DNA from: Basidiobolus meristosporus CBS 931.73 | Taxonomy: Eukaryota > Fungi > Basidiobolomycota | Reading direction: 5' to 3' | DNA length: 64,000 bases | Assembly (NCBI GenBank): GCA_002104905.1 | Contig: MCFE01000101.1 | Span: 62,001-126,000 of the forward strand | In this document: piece after piece, positions 61,668 through 64,000 of the stretch | How the letters are laid out: every line of letters begins with the position of its first letter | Position numbering within the stretch: the stretch's first letter is position 1 | Notes under the pieces: generated by a model | What the model was told of the DNA's origin: nothing | The model's database searches: none | Seen by the model: the letters and a program-made list of their open reading frames with translations, nothing else | Program-made: the position numbers and the translations under genes

Positions 61668-61988
61668 TCACTCCAAAGTATCCTGTGTCCTTCTCGTGGT
61701 CGCCTTGGAGCGCTCACGAACCACTTTACTCTTGCTCAACAGGCGGTCGTCGTCTTTCTCTGGATGCTTGAAATAGTTCTCCGCCGCCTGCAAGCCGTGA
61801 TGCAAGACTGGACGAACGTCGTGTAGTTTCTCTTGCGCTGCGCTCTCACCATTCATAGTCTGTACAACAACCCCTTTTCTATGTTGCGGAAACCTTTTTT
61901 GGTCATGGGCATCGAGTATGTTTTCCTGTAATACAGTGGCAGCAACGATTGAGCTGATCACGAGCAAAGCTAGTAGTTTGTAGAACAT
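61668..61988 (-). CDS. Small (106-aa) secreted protein of unknown function
   Basis: MFYKLLALLVISSIVAA resembles a signal peptide; single exon; no recognisable domain. Confidence 0.55.
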   Translation of the reverse strand: MFYKLLALLVISSIVAATVLQENILDAHDQKRFPQHRKGVVVQTMNGESAAQEKLHDVRPVLHHGLQAAENYFKHPEKDDDRLLSKSKVVRERSKATTRRTQDTLE

Positions 61989-62164
61989 TATGTATGTAAG
62001 ATAAGTCATCTCCCTGGGAATGGTGGCAATTTATACTACTAATGATGAAACAGCTTTGTTTTTCGATGCCGTGTGATCGAGATATCAGTTCAATCTCTGG
62101 TTTGTGAATAGGAAACACTCCTTAGATCCCGTTTGTTGATGGTGAGTTTACATGTAGTGGAGAT

Positions 62165-64000
62165 TTAGTGCTGATTTGCGAGACGGTGGGAAAGCGGTGG
62201 GAAAGCGGTGGGAAAGACCTTGTATGGATTCATGATACCATTCGGATCCAAGGCATTCTTGATCCTACGCATCATACTCACCATGGGTGCCGACTTCGAA
62301 TAGCCAATGTAGTCCGAATTCTTTATCCCAAGTCCGTGTTCTGCTGCGATAGAGCCATTGTAGCGACTGGTCCATTCATACACATACGGCTCTATCAGCG
62401 ACTTGGCCTCGGGCGTAAATTCTTTGGCGAAGATGGTTAGATGTAGATTACCATCCCCGATGTGCCCGAACCCTACAACATCACTCACGGGACCATTTGG
62501 TCCGAGCAGCTTCTTCTCGGCTAGTCGAGACCGGAGGTCCTCTACAATGTCATACAGCACTGGAACTGGAAGGCTGATATCGTACTTGTAGATCGGGACT
62601 GGAGCTCCACACGCCTCACCCAATGACTCTCGAATGGCCCACAGGTTTTTGTACTGGATCATGATAGATATGTTAGCGACACGAACAAGATCATTGAATT
62701 GTTCGGAATATCACCTGTGTACGGTCTTGAGCAACCACACCATCGTCGATGATATTACTCTCCAACAGGCCTTCCAAAAAACATCCCAATTTCTGGGTCA
62801 AATGGATTAGCCAGGATTCTGGTATAGGATTGTTCTATGGCTACGAACCTCGCTATCATGATCGTTGTTGGACCCACTGGTCTCCACAAGAACGTAAAAT
62901 GGATATTCGCTCCCAAACGGAACACGGAATTTCTTGGAGCCAAGTGTTCTGCCATAATGCAGGGATCTTGCGTCCCAAAACTCGTATGCCGATAGCACCT
63001 CCGAAAGATGCTCCTTGGCCCTTGAATAGGCATGCTGTACGCTTTGGAATGACTGCATGCCCACCAGGGCAACATTGGTGAACTTGGGACGCTTGGGCGT
63101 CAGGAGGGAAACCCCAGTTACTATCCCCAGAGTCCCTTCGGATCCGATGAACAGTTGCTTTATATCATACCCCGTATTGTCCTTTCGCAACGCCGAAAGC
63201 CCATCCACTATGGTTCCGTCGGCCAGCACCACCTCCAGCCCCAGGATGTTACCGTGGAGCGATCCATACCGAAGCAACCGAATACCGCCAGCATTCGTGG
63301 ACACATTCCCACCTATCTGGCAGCTGTAAACAATGAACGAGAGGGTTACCGGCCGCGAGAAATAGGGCTACTGACCATATGCTCGACCTACCTTCCTTTG
63401 GACCCTAAATCCAATGGAACTATGTATCCTCGCTCGGCAAGATAATTATCCAGATGCTCCAAGATGCACCCGGATTCACACAGCACAACGCCAGACAGTG
63501 GATCGAATTTACGTATCCGATTCAGGTTGGAGGTGTTTACGATGATCTCGTCGAATATTGGCACGCTGCCCCCTGGGGTTTAATTCGATCAGCATTGGAT
63601 TTGTTTGATGTACGATGGCCCTTTATACCCGACGCTCCGGTGTTTCCTCCCTGGGGTACGACGGCAAGCCTGCAGCAAAAATCTCAGTTCCCAGTGACAT
63701 CCACATCCGTAGGAGATGCCCTTCACCTTTTGGCGTTGCAATAACTTAGCAACTTCGCCACTTGCTCAGTGCTATGCGGCTTTAAAACCACCTGGGACTG
63801 GCCTCTATAACACTTGAACCAGTCCTGGTTGTATGGGATTAAATCGTCCTCTGTTGTATGAGCACCGTCTACCACGAGCACACTTTCTGTCGGAAGGAGT
63901 TGCTTGAAGTATTGCACATCCTCGGGCGTTACCTTGTCAAAGGGATCAGATGAGGCTGTCGCCTCTCAGCATCAGATGCAACTATACCTTGCTGAACTTT
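62165..64000 (-). CDS. DLD2: FAD-linked D-2-hydroxyglutarate / D-lactate dehydrogenase, 5'-truncated by the window end
   Basis: VVPQGGNTG; [33 protein letters not shown]; [22 protein letters not shown]; GHIGDGNLH; AEHGLG; [11 protein letters not shown]. Confidence 0.95.
62184..62216. repeat. 11-bp unit x3 (CGGTGGGAAAG) in the last codons of DLD2
   Basis: Three exact copies. Confidence 0.9.

Noticed and set aside
43083-64000. Many 60-160-aa antisense or alternate-frame ORFs over real genes (e.g. 43548-44036, 52266-53552, 59163-59603, 63454-63744)
   Set aside because: Expected shadows of GC-rich coding sequence.

Overview
Fungal nuclear DNA in two sharply different domains. From gene content, short introns and a bacterial-type symporter I infer an early-diverging lineage (Zoopagomycota/Mucoromycota-like); this is not proven. 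(1) 1 to ~41.8 kb is an AT-rich, strongly CpG-depleted island of nested transposons. It holds two Ty1/copia families (A and B), both with a half-tRNA(iMet) primer-binding site, Ty3/gypsy relics, at least six solo LTRs, CMC/CACTA (tnp2) DNA-transposon pieces with CCCTA termini, and a foldback/MITE family. One copia (23986-28671) has LTRs differing at 3 of 369 positions, a perfect TSD and a polyprotein broken by a single in-frame TGA. An ~880-bp foreign AT-rich reading frame that begins with AGTAGTA replaces part of the reverse transcriptase (RT) of another copia (34954-35835); it is a candidate captured RNA-virus segment. (2) ~41.8-64 kb is CpG-rich and gene-dense: ammonium transporter, CSN8, a PPR protein head-to-head with a tiny RRM protein, VPS35, an intronless bacterial GltP-like symporter (HGT candidate), an F-box/LRR protein, folliculin, ITPase, a small secreted orphan and the 3' part of a D-2-hydroxyacid dehydrogenase. 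All coordinates and counts were read by eye; no database searches were run.
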